Positions 1-13,700 of a stretch of 62,251 nt of DNA are shown in pieces; position 1 is the first letter of the stretch; each line of letters begins with the position of its first letter. Both the position numbers and the translations under genes were made by a program. The notes under the pieces are model-generated. The model made no database searches and had not been told where the DNA came from. It saw only the letters and a list, made by a program, of their open reading frames with translations. Source of the DNA: Nemertoderma westbladi (Eukaryota > Animalia > Xenacoelomorpha); the NCBI GenBank assembly GCA_032718475.1, contig JAUCBJ010001678.1, positions 1 to 62,251 on the forward strand, written 5' to 3'.

Positions 1-455
1 AATTCTAGTCGATTAAGATATCGTGGCACCCACCGATATACTTGAAAGACAAATTCTAGAATCAGTGGTTAACGTCCCCAGACAAGTTCTGGAATAAATT
101 GGTGCCCATCCTAGATATTAATTTAATATTTATTAAAATCTTTAAAATTCAGATCCGTTAACAATTCTAGTCGATTAAGATATCGTGGCACCCACCGATA
201 TACTTGAAAGACAAATTCTAGAATCAGTGGTTAACGTCCCCAGACAAGTTCTGGAATAAATCGGTGCCCATCCTAAATATTAATTTAATATTTATTAAAA
301 TCTTTAAAATTCAGATCCGTTAACAATTCTAGTCGATTAAGATATCGTAGCACTTACCGATACTCTTAAAAGACAAATTTCATAGAATTAAGGATCTTAT
401 GTCCCCAGACTTGCTCTGGAATAAAATTTATGTCAATTTAACATCAAATAATAAA
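1..455. repeat. 162-bp tandem repeat, about 2.8 copies, cut by the window edge
   Basis: AATTCTAGTCGATTAAGATATCGT recurs at 1, 163 and 325; the third copy is degenerate. Confidence 0.9.
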
Positions 456-1042
456 ATTCACGGGAATAAATTAAATTCATATTTAAATGAATTTCATAAA
501 TTGTCATTTTGTGCAATTTATAACATTCCCAAAATTCCAGTAATTAATAGATCATGGGAGCGGAGATTCATATTGAGTGTGCTTAGAGTGTGAGAATCTC
601 CAGCATATAGTCAATAGCCGATAAAATTTATAAAATCATGCATAAAGAGGATATTGACAATTAAAGAATTACTATTAAATAACATCCCAGATCTGTATGC
701 ATGAGGATTGCCCTAATTCTACCGCTAGTTTTCCATAATGTCACCATGGCAACACCCACGCTAGAATTAGAAGCAAGTTAAAAGAACAATAAAAGGCTTG
801 CCCCATTGCGTAGCATAAGAGTATACATAGCGCACTATTAGTATCCAAGGATACATAGTAAATACGTGACATTCTGGAAGACACTGACTAACGGACAAAT
901 GGTATGCATGTGTGCAGTAAGTAATGATTGTATGGAATTTGTGCGTTTATAGGTGAATGTTACTACTAAAGTGTGTTTACAGTAGCTAATCGCAATTGTA
1001 AAATAGCCCTAACTCTACCGAGATAACCTCAAGTGGATTCAA

Positions 1043-1168
1043 GCCTTTGGGACGGACAGTGGTGGGACTTGTGCCGGTTATCGTTGTCGTGCTGTGCTAC
1101 ATGTTGGCGTAAACACTGCGACAGCGGTACATCGGCGCTGAGAAACCCACTGTCCGGGGGCAAAAGGC
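1043..1168 (+). other. Long GC-rich stem-loop, putative structured RNA element
   Basis: Nested stems GCCTTT/AAAGGC, CGGACAGTGG/CCACTGTCCG, GTGCCGGT/ATCGGCGC and TATCGTTGTCGT/GCGACAGCGGTA; the five non-Watson-Crick pairs in these stems are all G-U on the + strand. Confidence 0.6.
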
Positions 1169-1239
1169 CTAGTAGGAAGCGACGCCCGCTTACCTAAAAT
1201 ATTAACGTATATTGATATTAACAAACTCAGATAGCAAAT

Positions 1240-2688
1240 ATGACGGAATTAATAGAAGATGACCTTGGTATTAGAGAGCGATATACTCTACCTTTACAAG
1301 CGTTTGTGGATAGCTTGATACGCGGTGAAGCTGATCCGACTATTACGGAGGACGATGGTCGCTATATCGAACCGCCGATGTCCCAGGAACAACTTACGCG
1401 CGAAGCGGACTATAGAAAATTCACCGCTCGCTATACGAATCGTAATGGTACGTATATAGACTTCTTAACTACCGGCCATCCTATCGATTTACATGATACG
1501 GACGATGTATACACCGAAAGGGAAATGGTTCTATTTAAATATCATACCCAGCGGAGTCGTAACGATAAACCGAGAATAGATCACGAAAATTCTATTCGTA
1601 ACAGACTGGGAAGACGAACCAATATGCCTAGAATCTGAGGAGATTCAGCCTATCGCGCCCGGAACAACGACAACGATTACATCCTAGAATGGTATCAAGG
1701 TCCACAGTGTCTCACTGCGTACGATTATCGCCATGCCAACTATGTTTCTCGGCAACGTTGTCGGTTATGCGCATCGAGAGACCATGTTACGCCCATGGAC
1801 ACAAACGTCCGCTGTTCCTATTTCCACGAACAACCGGCGATGGAAATTTATTGCGCGTATTGCAGATTTAATAATTTGCATATTTTTGCGGTTTGCCCTC
1901 AATTTATGACTCAATGTCATCATTGTCAATTAAAAGGACACGCCAGCTTTGATTGTCCCTTTAACCATGATTTAGAGAGCGTAGATGAAATGATTGTACT
2001 ACGTTATATAAGAGCTTGGGAAGCGAACGCTGATTTACATTGTGACTCACGCCATCGCTATTATCCCGGACGCGCCTATGAAGGAGTTTATGCGTTCCAT
2101 CCATATTTGTTTGCCTCCGTCGAGCAGAAATCGCGCCTATCAAGTTATGAACTATTGAAACGCGTTGGAGAATGTATTTCAACCAAATATGTACGCAAAT
2201 TCCTCAGGAGCATTAATCCGAGTGACATCCAGTCTTACAACTTAATACACTTTATCCGTCAAGACCCTGCCTATGGAGACTTATTTGTCAACTCACACCC
2301 TGAGTTACAAGAAGTATATCGACGGCCTTACGAGTATCGAGCCCGCGAACGCGAGTTAGAAAGAACCATTAAACCAAGGAAGTTTCTAACGGCCTATGGT
2401 CCACCCACGGCCCTCGTTCAGACCACTCGTAAAGGACCCGTAAGAGCGGCTGTCTTGAAACGAGCTCTCAGAGCCGTTAGACCCCTCTCCCCGGACGTTG
2501 ATGTCCATCAACCCGGTACTTCGACCGGCGGATATACCGATCGCAATCCCATACTTTCTGATGCAATCATATTGCACCCTTCACCCCGGAGTTATAGCCC
2601 TCCTAGTAAAGTGGCTCGCCCCAAAGAGAAAAGGACTCTTGCTAGCTTCAAAAAACTGCGTAAACGCCGTCCGCGCAAGAAAGACTAA
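1240..2688 (+). pseudogene. Zinc-knuckle (CCHC) protein of probable retroelement origin, about 482 codons with one in-frame TGA at 1636-1638
   Basis: ORFs 1240-1638 and 1795-2688 share a frame that is open between them. Motifs: CRLCASRDH, CAYCRFNNLHIFAVC and canonical CHHCQLKGHASFDC (C-x2-C-x4-H-x4-C); basic C-terminal KKLRKRRPRKK. Confidence 0.55.
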
Positions 2689-2766
2689 CTGTTTAGAGTA
2701 TTTTTGTATTTTAGAAACTGTGATTTTGTATATTTTATAGACTTAAATCCCATTTTCTGGGAGCGG

Positions 2767-3811
2767 TGTAAAAGCTTTTGTGGGATAACTGATACGTTTG
2801 CCTTGGCTGGCCAGTTCCCCCCCCGGCGCTGGAATACTCTAAAAAAGGTTTTCTAACTGTATATATATTCCCCTCGCCCGCAAGGTACCTTTACAGGTGT
2901 TTTAACGGACATAAAAATCATTCTGCTATATACGTGTTTTAGCGGACATGGTAAGACAAAAACTTGTAATGCACAAACCACCTTTCACAGCTTAGCCGTG
3001 ATGATTCATATTACGACATCTAGCAGCTGGTTGCTGACATGGAAACAGCCATTGGCAGCGTGGTTCTTTGTTTGGCTTGGGCCAATCAGGGCGATTTTTC
3101 CTGTCGACGTGTAGCTTTCCTGGAAATCATGGAGAGTGTTCGCTCTGACGGGAGAGAGAGAGAGAGTTGTTACTTTTGTTGTTATTGCTGTCTAAGCCAG
3201 AAACACCGGCATTTTTTGGATAGATACTGCTGTACCGTGAACTGCAGAACTGCTTGAATTATCGAAAGTATAAACTGTTACCTAATCTCACGAATCGAAT
3301 ATCACCTAACTCATTAATCATATTGTTTGTACTGTTATTTTACCGTCAGTTATTAATTGTAAATATTTGTTGATGGAAATATTGCTATTTGGATAATACG
3401 GATAAATCACCCAATTCCCAATTTTCTTGATAACACTACAGGTTAGAGAGACCGGCTATATATAACAATTGCGATTTATATTAATGTGGTGTGTATTGAA
3501 TCCAATGTTATTTAGCAGACCCTACGCGAGTCAATTACTGCTCTCTTTATGTGTGATCAAATATACTGACTGTCGGCAGAATAGTGTGTATGATTGTGAT
3601 TGGTAACAAAGTATTTCCTAAAGAATACGTTTTATACTTTAATCAGCAGCAGTATCGTTGCGTTTAGTATAAGTCTTAGTTCTGTTTAAATAGGTAAAGC
3701 GCCACGTCCTAAAGGAACTGTTAATATTTCCCGAAAGCCAATAATATCTGTCAGAGATTAATTATTAACGATCTATCGAATAATACATTAGGTATACACT
3801 ACAACCTTACA
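2767..3811 (+). mobile_element. Candidate 3' LTR of an LTR retrotransposon
   Basis: Starts TGTAA right after a short purine-rich tract (GGGAGCGG) downstream of the zinc-knuckle ORF; a matching TTACA ends at 3811. No second LTR is in the window to confirm it. Confidence 0.35.
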
Positions 3812-4143
3812 CTGTAATAATACAATTCAAGCATCCGAATTCAGTCTCCCGGGTGTAGATCCATCGGGTGAATGATCGCGCATGGGCTGACTTCGGCTAA
3901 TGTTTTGCGTATTAGCATAAATTATTGTCGTATGCTAAAGTGGTTTTAATTAACGAAAAGACATATAAATTTTGGCAGGTTAAACTGCTAAAGGTCTTCG
4001 AAAGCGCGAACAATGGTTATGCATAGTGCAAGAAATATAATGTCTGCGTAACTTACAAGTAATCCAGCGGGAAATCGGCAGTTTTAAGAACACAGACAGC
4101 CATGCTTATATGATATATCGGTTGTTAACATATGGGTAATGTC

Positions 4144-4603
4144 TATGAAGCGCCGTTTACGCCAAAACTATCTGAATAAATATTATACTCAAGATGTGTC
4201 AATAAAAAATATTATACTTAAGATGTATCTAAATTCTCGCCGAGATTCTCGGCCGAGTCTCGGCCGAGTTTCTCGGCCGAGTTTCTCTGCCGAGTCTCGG
4301 CCGAGTTTTTCTCGGCCGAGATCTCGGCCGAGTCTCGGCCGAGTTCTCTGCCGAGTTTTTCTCGGCCGAGAAAAACCGGCGAGACTCGGCCGAGACTCGG
4401 CCGAGATCTCGGCCGAGAAAAACTCGGCCGAGATCTCGGCCGAGAAAAACTCGGCAGAGAAAACTCGGCCGAGATCTCGGCCGAGAAACTCGGCCGAGAA
4501 TCTCGGCCGAGAATTTAGATACATCTTAAGTATAATATTTTTTATTGACACATCTTGAGTATAATATTTATTCAGATAGTTTTGGCGTAAACGGCGCTTC
4601 ATA
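4144..4603. mobile_element. Palindromic foldback/MITE with a CTCGGCCGAG core array
   Basis: About 95-bp terminal inverted repeats (TATGAAGCGCCGTTTACG...CGTAAACGGCGCTTCATA) around tandem palindromic CTCGGCCGAG units. Confidence 0.85.
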
Positions 4604-4776
4604 ATGATGGTAGCAGTACCAAAAAGTCGGCCCATAAGTTTTACGGCCTGCACGTGCACGGCCTGTCAGTCTTGTACTGTCTTTCATACAGTTATACTGT
4701 TATAGGCCTACCGGTATATCAGCACTGCAGCACGTCATTCTCTGATTCTGCCATTACAGCATTCTGCATTCAGGGG

Positions 4777-5412
4777 GGTACGTACTAAAAGGTAGAACGA
4801 TCTATAACGGGCTATAACGATCTATAACGGGCTATAACTTCCCCATAACAAGCTATAACCACCTATAACGAGCTATAATCTGAAAATTTACAATAAAAAA
4901 ACCTATTTTAGAATGGATTTATTATCCTAGTCAGTAGGCCTAATTTAATTACGCAATTTGGTTTTTTAGTCCATAATGCTTTTCATCTTTGTGGTATCAC
5001 GAAATCAGTCATTACTGCATTAGTTAGCATGCCACTACTGCATTATCTGACTTTCAGACAGTGCAGCAGAGGAGAGGTCTCTCATCTCTCTGTCTATCCT
5101 CCATCCTGCTATATCCGCTGTCAGCTTCTGGTCGATATAGAATACAGGAATGTGAGCAATATAGGCCAATAAAAAAAACTTACCAGTATCAATTAGGCAT
5201 AGGCAGATAGGCCTACCCTAATTTTTAACCTGCGGGATTTTTCAGACCACCGTGTTAATCCAAAAGTTTAACACACCCAAGGGGCGTTTTTTTTTATGTA
5301 AATTTTCATATTATAGCTCGTTATAGGTGGTTATAGCCTGTTTATAGGTAATTATAGCCCGTTATAGATCGTTATAGCCCGTTATAGATCGTTCTACCTT
5401 TTAGTACGTACC
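4777..5412. mobile_element. MITE / non-autonomous DNA transposon
   Basis: TIRs GGTACGTACTAAAAGGTAGAACGATCTATAACGGGCTATAAC with GCTATAAC subrepeats at both ends in inverted orientation. Confidence 0.8.
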
Positions 5413-5423
5413 ATTCCAGCATT

Positions 5424-7713
5424 CAGGGGCCGTATTAAAAGTGAGCTACAGCACGTTCTACCTAGACCATCTACTGATCTACCTCAGTACTGCAGTACCT
5501 AGCAAGAAGATAGATGGTCTCAATTAGACCGTCTATATACTGATATAGCTGTGTATGGTGTACTGGTGTAGTTGATCTCACTTGCAGACTTGGTAAATAA
5601 CATCTAGAATGCTGGAATGTGCTAGGTTAGACTGTTAGAACGTTCTACTTTGAGACCATCTACCGGTATGTAAGCACTCTATCAGACTAGACTAGCATGC
5701 TACTGTCAGGGTTGAATTCCTATTTAAGAATAATTCCTATTTAATAAAACAATAAGTTGATAAGAGAACGTTTTAATAAATTGGATTTGGATAAAATTGT
5801 TGTTATTATTGCTGTAGGCCTATTGCAGAGAAAGGATGTAGGACAATTCGGTCCCGGACAATTCGGTCCGGACAATTCGGTCCCGGACAATTCGGTCCCG
5901 GACAATTCGGTCCCAAAACACTAAATAAATGGGACCGAATTGTCCGGGACCGAATTGTCCGGGACCGAATTGTCCTAGGACCGAATTGTCCTAGGACCGA
6001 ATTTGTCCGGGACCGAATTGTCCGGGACCGAATTGTCCGGTTCCTGATAGCAACTTTTTAGTGCTTTTTTGATATTGGTGAATGTTCTAGAACATTAGTA
6101 GAGATATTTGTTATGGTAGCTAGTGTTATTTACTTGCTAGAATTTTTTGAAATTTTAAAAATACTGTATTTTTTTTATTTTTGTTATTGGTAGTGTTCGA
6201 GAACATTATTATATATTATTTATTAAGGTGTAGCTAGTGTTTTTTTTTACTAGCTAGCATTTCCTTGAAATTATAAAAATACCTGTGAAAACATTGATAT
6301 TTCAGAATTAGGCCTAAACTGTTGCTGATTATATTAATTACCAACAATATTGATGATATTATAACAGTCCCTGAATGAGATCCAGCTATTATCTAGGATA
6401 ATAATTTAGGCTTGTTAACCAACCAACAACACATACAGTATACTTACGCAATATATTAAAAAAATCAGCTTTAAACATTTTAAATACATACTATTACTAG
6501 CTAGTAAATAATTCACAAGCTCCATAAAAACACCATAGCTACCATAAATAATAATGTTAACAAAAAAAAGTAAATTTTTTTTATTTAAAAAAAAATACTA
6601 GCTAGCAAAAAAAACACTAGCTACCATATAATAATATATATTAAGGTTCTAGAACATTCACCATTATATAGTATCCAATTAAATTTGGTCCCGGACAATT
6701 CGGTCCCGGACAATTCGGTCCCGGACAATTCGGTCCCATTAATATGCATGTTTTGGGACCGAATTGTCCTAGTCAGTATCCGGACAATTCGGTCCCGGAC
6801 AATTCGGTCCCGGACAATTCGGTCCCAAAACATAAAATTAATGGGACCGAATTGTCCGGGACCGAATTGTCCGGGACCGAATTGTCCGGACCGAATTGTC
6901 CGGGACCGAATTGTCCTGCTTCCTGCAGAGAATGTATTACTTCATCATTTTAATGCTGTAATGCCTTGTCTTACAATTATTTATAGGTGAACGCATTAAT
7001 TGGCCGGGCTAAAATGATAATGACATTTGACAGTGTATGTAATATTTAAGTAAATATCTATTACCAAACAAACCGGCACCACTAATGTGCGTGTTAGGAA
7101 CTACAGAACTACAGCTGTACAGTGTATAACAATGTTTTTGTAGTCATTTTGCGAAACAACCGTCAGACCGTTGCTATGGGCTGATGGGCTATGGTAACTG
7201 GAATTAAGTACGCTGACCATTCGCTAGCTCATACTCGATATAGTGGGGGGGGGGGGGGGGGGGGGGGGGTGTTATGTGTTTTTCCATTGACAATAAGTTC
7301 GTTCGTTCTTACAATGAGACGCGTAACAAAACAACCCGTTGCTATGGTAACATGAATTCATATTACAGTATTATTGATCATTCGAAAGCAGACACTTGAT
7401 ATAGTGTGTAAAAATTGTCAATATAGTATCTGCTTGCTACGTAGTCCAGTAGTCAACTACAGAGTTGACTACGTAAATGAGACAGTCTACCAACTACATC
7501 AACCTTTATTAATATCACTTTACCTGCTAGGTAGACAGTCTAGGTTAGCAAGTACTCGGTCTCACAAAATTTCAGGGTAGATCATCTACATAGTCGGTTT
7601 ATTTAATACCACGAAGACTAGACCGTCTACAGGTCTATGTCGACCGACTACATGGACTACCCCAAAAAGAGGGTAGACGGTCTACGTAGTTGGTTTTATT
7701 AATACGACCTCTG
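5424..7713. mobile_element. Degenerate non-autonomous DNA transposon (Harbinger-like ends) containing a nested foldback
   Basis: Ends CAGGGGCCGTATTAA and TTAATACGACCTCTG are imperfect inverted repeats; TAGACCRTCTAC / GTAGACGGTCTA motifs recur near both ends. Confidence 0.45.
5834..6923. mobile_element. Foldback (Mutator-like) element with GGACAATTCGGTCCC subrepeats
   Basis: Termini GGATGTAGGACAATTCGG and CCGAATTGTCCTGCTTCC; 15-bp subrepeats in both orientations; direct repeat TGCAGAGAA at 5824-5832 and 6924-6932. Confidence 0.85.
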
Positions 7714-7747
7714 ATGTTTAATTAGTTTAATATTGAAATAGTTAACT

Positions 7748-10700
7748 ATGTTGCGTGTCACCTGCATCTGTACAACTCCACACCCCAACTGCGGCATCTC
7801 AAATCTATCCTACAATAATAACGTATTTCTATTCCCTCGTCGCTCCCTAACAAACTTCGGCAAACACGCTTATATTGATCCGATCGAGAAACAATTTGAT
7901 AAATCCGACGAACACCGTAGTCTACCGTACCAACTACTGCAGACTAGCAGACTGCCGACCTACAACTTCCAACGTTCGCTCCCACGTCTACCCATACCAA
8001 AACTCGTGGACACTATCCGGCGATACAAGGAAGCCGTAACTCCTTTACTCACGGCTTCCGAGTTGTCGGAAACTGTCGGTTTAGCTGATCATTTCCTAGC
8101 GAACGAGGGTCCCAAATTGGACGCCAAGCTACGCCAATGGGACATGGAACACAAACACACCAGCTACATATCGGATATCTGGTTCGATATATATCTGAGA
8201 GACCGGCGTTCTTTGCTACTCAATTATAACCCGTTTGTCGCTATTAAAAATGATTCCGAACCGAGTCGAATGGATCAAATGGCCCGTGCTACTAACTATA
8301 TTGTTTCCGGGTTGCGGTTTAAAAAATCGTTGGAATGCAACCTTTTAGGTTTGTCTGGGTATCGCGTATCTCACTATCGCTGTTTGGGTTTGTTGATATT
8401 ACCGGTAGGCCTTAGTTAGTGTTTTTAGTTTTAACCTGTATAAACTAGGGATGCTTTCTATCAGTCTATAGGCCTGTATATAATTATGTATATCGAAAAA
8501 ATATCATACGCAGCTCAGCTGAGCAAACTTTTCACTTGGTGCTTCCGATGAACAGATGACAAATTTACCGAAATTTAACTCTTTGTGGATCATAATTTAT
8601 TTTATTATTACAAAAATTATCATTCTCCACTAAAATTAATCATTCATAACTATTTTTAATTGGCATTGGGATTCGATGTACCGGTACATATTTTGTTGGT
8701 TATTTATAAAAGCTTACTTCTGTAACCTGCTCCTTTCCCCCAAGTGGTAACAACACTGTTTATTATTTTGGTTATAAAAGCCTACCTCTGTAACCTGCTC
8801 CTTTCCCCCAAGTGGTAACAACACTGTTTATTATTTTGGTTATAAAAGCCTACCTCTGTAACCTGCTCCTTTCCCCCAATTGGTAACAACACTGTTTATT
8901 GTTTGGTTATAGAAGCCCACCTCTGTATACTGCTCCTTCCCCCATTTGGTAACAACATTGTTTATTGTTTTGGTTATAAAAGCCTACCTCTGTAACGAAT
9001 TGATTAAATTTAGTGGAAAATGAATTAATTTTAGTGATAAGTGATTAAAATTAGTGAAAATGATTAAATTTAGTGAAAATGATTTTTTAGTGATGGAAAA
9101 ATAAGTGCATTTGTGTATTACTAGGTATTACTAGGTTTTTGACTCAGATTGCTTAAGTTTAGCACGATTTTCCAGGTTTTAAGTTAAAATTCCAACGAAT
9201 TGAATGCAAAAATTCAATACACCGTGTATTACACGAGATCTTTCAAACACGGGTTTTTATAGATTATTTTGTAATCTATTAGTTAGAAAGCTAACATTCT
9301 AAATAAATATTATAATTATATGTTTATTACTACTAATTATATATATTACTGTAGTTTATATTTACGAAATTTTATTAAATTATTAATTTAGTTCCCGAGG
9401 TTTTTCACGTAAACGAGAAGAAGTCGAACACTCCGTTCTACTGGGGAGCGATGACCGTTGTACCTGAGGTCGTGGCCCGTTACGGATCGCTTCTATTCAA
9501 GGCGGTTCCCCTGGACATGTCCCAGTACCGACACCTGTTCCACACGACCCGTATCCCTGGAGACGAGGTAGACGAAATACACAAGAGTTCCTCCCTCCCC
9601 GAACCCCGCCACATCTGCGTGATACGCAACGGGAATCTCTACGCGTTCGACGCTCTCGATAAAGACGGAGAGATTATCGCCCCCTCTGCTATTCTCACAT
9701 TCTTACGGTATGTGTATGAAGTAATAATATCAAGAATAAGCGTTGAATATAATTGGGGGGCTCTACCTCGTTCCAGAATGGTCCCGTATTCGTTTGTTCT
9801 GAATAATTCGAAGTGCGTGATTTTGTAGTTTTTCAAGTACATACAAAAGGTATTGTGGAAATATATCACAATTAAAAATATCGAGAGTAAAAATATTGAG
9901 AGTAAAAATATCGAGAGTAAAAATATCGAGAGTAAAAATATCGAGAGTAAAAATATCGAGAGTAAAAATATCGAGAGTAAAAATATCGAGAGTAAAAATA
10001 TCGAGAGTAAAAATATCGAGAGTAAAAATATCGAGAGTAAAAATATCGAGAGTAAAAATATCGAGAGTTTAAAAATATTGAGAGTAAAAATATCGAGAGT
10101 TGAAAAATATCGAGAGTAAAAATATCCAGAATAAAAATATCGAGAGTAAAAATATCGAGAGTAAAAATATCGAGAGTAAAGAGTAAAAATATCGAGAGTA
10201 AAAACATCGAGAGTAAAAATATCGAGAGTAAAAATATCGAGAGTAAAAATCTCGAGAGTAAAAATCTCGAGAGTAAAAACATCGAGAGTAAAAATATCGA
10301 GAGTAAAAATATCGAGAGTAAAATTATCGAGAGTTTAAAAATATTGAGAGTAAAAATATCGAGAGTAAAAATCTCGAGAGTAAAAATATCGAGAGTAAAA
10401 ATATTGAGTTTAAAAATATTGAGAGTAAAAATATCGAGAGTAAAAATATCGAGAGTAAAAATCTCGAGAGTAAAAATATCGAGAGTAAAAATATCGAGAG
10501 TAAAATTATCGAGAGTTTAAAAATATTGAGAGTAAAAATATCGAGAGTAAAAATATCGAGAGTAAAATTATCGAGAGTTTAAAAATATTGAGAGTAAAAA
10601 TATCGAGAGTAAAAATATCGAGAGTAAAAATCTCGAGAGTAAAAATATCGAGAGTAAAAATATCGAGAGTAAAATTATCGAGAGTTTAAAAATATTGAGA

Positions 10701-13700
10701 GTAAAAATATCGAGAGTAAAATTATCGAGAGTTTAAAAATATTGAGAGTAAAAAAAATATCGAGAGTAAAAATCTCGAGAGTAAAAATATCGAGAGTAAA
10801 ATTATCGACAGTTTAAAAATATTGAGAGTAAAAATATCGAGAGTAAAAATATCGAGAGTAAAATTATCGAGAGTTTAAAAATATTGAGAGTAAAAATCTC
10901 GAGAGTAAAAATATCGAGAGTAAAAATATCGAGAGTAAAATTATCGAGAGTTTAAAAATATTGAGAGTAAAAATATCGAGAGTAAAAATATCGAGAGTAA
11001 AATTATCGAGAGTTTAAAAATATTGAGAGTAAAAATATCGAGAGTAAAAATATCGAGAGTAAAATTATCGAGAGTTTAAAAATATCGAGAGTAAAAATCT
11101 CGAGAGTAAAAATATCGAGAGTAAAAATATTGAGAGTAAAATTATCGAGAGTTTAAAAATATTGAGAGTAAAAATATCGAGAGTAAAAATATTGAGTTTA
11201 AAAATATTGAGAGTAAAAATATCGAGAGTAAAAATATCGAGAGTAAAAATATCGAGAGTAAAAATATCGAGAGTAAAATTATCGAGAGTTTAAAAATATT
11301 GAGAGTAAAAATATCGAGAGTAAAAATATCGAGAGTAAAATTATCGAGAGTTTAAAAATATTGAGAGTAAAAATATCGAGAGTTGAAAAATATCGAGAGT
11401 AAAAATATCCAGAATAAAAATATCCAGAATAAAAATATCGAGAGTAAAAATATCGAGAGTAAAAATATCGAGAGTAAAAATATCGAGAGTAAAAATATCG
11501 AGAGTAAAAATATCGAGAGTTGAAAAATATCGAGAGTTGAAAAATATCGAGAGTAAAAATATCCAGAATAAAAATATCGAGAGTAAAAATATCGAGAGTA
11601 AAAATATCGAGAGTAAAAATATCGAGAGTTTAAAAATATTGAGAGTAAAAATATCGAGAGTTGAAAAATATCGAGAGTAAAAATATCCAGAATAAAAATA
11701 TCGAGAGTAAAAATATCGAGAGTAAAAATATCCAGAATAAAAATATCGAGAGTAAAAATATCCAGAATAAAAATATCGAGAGTAAAAATATCGAGAGTAA
11801 AAATATCGAGAGTAAAAATATCGAGAGTAAAGAGTAAAAATATCGAGAGTAAAAATATCGAGAGTAAAAACATCGAGAGTAAAAATATCGAGAGTAAAAA
11901 TATCGAGAGTAAAAATCTCGAGAGTAAAAACATCGAGAGTAAAAATATCGAGAGTAAAAATATCGAGAGTAAAATTATCGAGAGTTTAAAAATATTGAGA
12001 GTAAAAATATCGAGAGTAAAAATCTCGAGAGTAAAAATATCGAGAGTAAAAATATTGAGTTTAAAAATATTGAGAGTAAAAATATCGAGAGTAAAAATAT
12101 CGAGAGTAAAAATATCGAGAGTAAAAATATCGAGAGTAAAAATATCGAGAGTAAAATTATCGAGAGTTTAAAAATATTGAGAGTAAAAATATCGAGAGTA
12201 AAAATATCGAGAGTAAAATTATCGAGAGTTTAAAAATATTGAGAGTAAAAATATCGAGAGTAAAAATATCGAGAGTAAAAATATCGAGAGTAAAATTATC
12301 GAGAGTTTAAAAATATTGAGAGTAAAAATATCGAGAGTAACAATATCGAGATTAAATAAATTTTTATGGTAGCTAGTGTTTTCACAAAAACTATAGCTAC
12401 TGTATATAAACATTTTTTTAAAGACATTGTTTTGTTTAGTTTCTATGGGGTACTATAGTTTCCTAGACTTTTCATTGGTAGCTATAGCTAGTATTTTTTA
12501 CAAAAACAATGTTTACTTGAGTTTTTCTAGTTATTTTATTTTTGTGTTTTCGTTGGTAGCTAGTGTTTCATTCTAAAAATTATAGCATTTTTACTCTCGA
12601 TAATTTTACTCTCGATATTTTTACTCGCGATAATTTTACTCTCGATATTTTACTCTCGATATTTTTACTCTCGATATTTTACTCTCGATATTTTTACTCT
12701 CAATATTTTTACTCTCGATATTTTTACTCTCGATATTTTTACTCTCAATATTTTTAAACTCTCGATATTTAACAACAATCGATATTTAACAACAATCGAT
12801 ATTTTTACTCTCGATATTTTTACTCTCGAAATTTTTACTCTAGATATTTTTACTCGCGATATTTTTACTCTCGATATTTTTACTCTCGATATTTTTACTC
12901 TCGATATTTTTACTCTCGATATTTTTACTCTCGATATTTTTACTCTCGATATTTTTACTCTCGATATTTTTACTCTCGATATTTTTACTCTCGATATTTT
13001 TACTCTCGATATTTTTACTCTCGATATTTTTACTCTCGATATTTTTACTCTCGATATTTTTACTCTCGATATTTTTACTCTCGATATTTTTACTCTCGAT
13101 ATTTTTACTCTCGATATTTTTACTCTCGATATTTTTACTCTCGATATTTTTACTCTCGATATTTTTTCCCTCTCGATGTTTTTACTCTCGATATTTTTAG
13201 TAGCTCTTCATTCATGTGTATTTATTTATTAAATAGAATAAATGACCTTCAGCGAACAATAATTCTTGCAATCTTTGAACGCCTATATCTCAGCTGTTTC
13301 TAGACGAAATTCAGATATTGTTACATAGAATTCTTTCTAATGATATGAAAGATTCTTCACCAATGTGAAGATTGGCGACGTTAAGAGATGTGCAATTTCG
13401 CAAAAAAACTCTTTTTTAAAACGCTTATAAAAAAATTTACAGGCAAAATCGAAAATCCCGGCTTCGTGGATATCGACGGTGAGTGGAACTAGTTGTGTTT
13501 CAAATTTCAAGCAATATGATAAAGATTTGTAGAAAAATCTGGGGGGGGGGGGGGTCCGTGTCATCAGAAAATTATACTATTTTACGGGTCATGTAAGCAA
13601 ATTCATTGTAGAAAACCTTTGGCGTCTTCAAATGAGAAAAGAGGGTAGAAATCTATTCATGGAGAAAATAAAATAAATTAAAGCGCAACCTACCATGTTA

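Noticed and set aside
3920-4060. THAP-domain remnant (RKREQWL)
   Set aside because: Too short and frame-broken to support.
4139-6990. Repetitive ORFs (SRPS/SAE, PDNSV, GPNCP)
   Set aside because: Translations of foldback subrepeats.
9853-12757. ORFs such as (KNIES)n and (SRYFY)n
   Set aside because: Artefacts of the 15-bp satellite in an intron.
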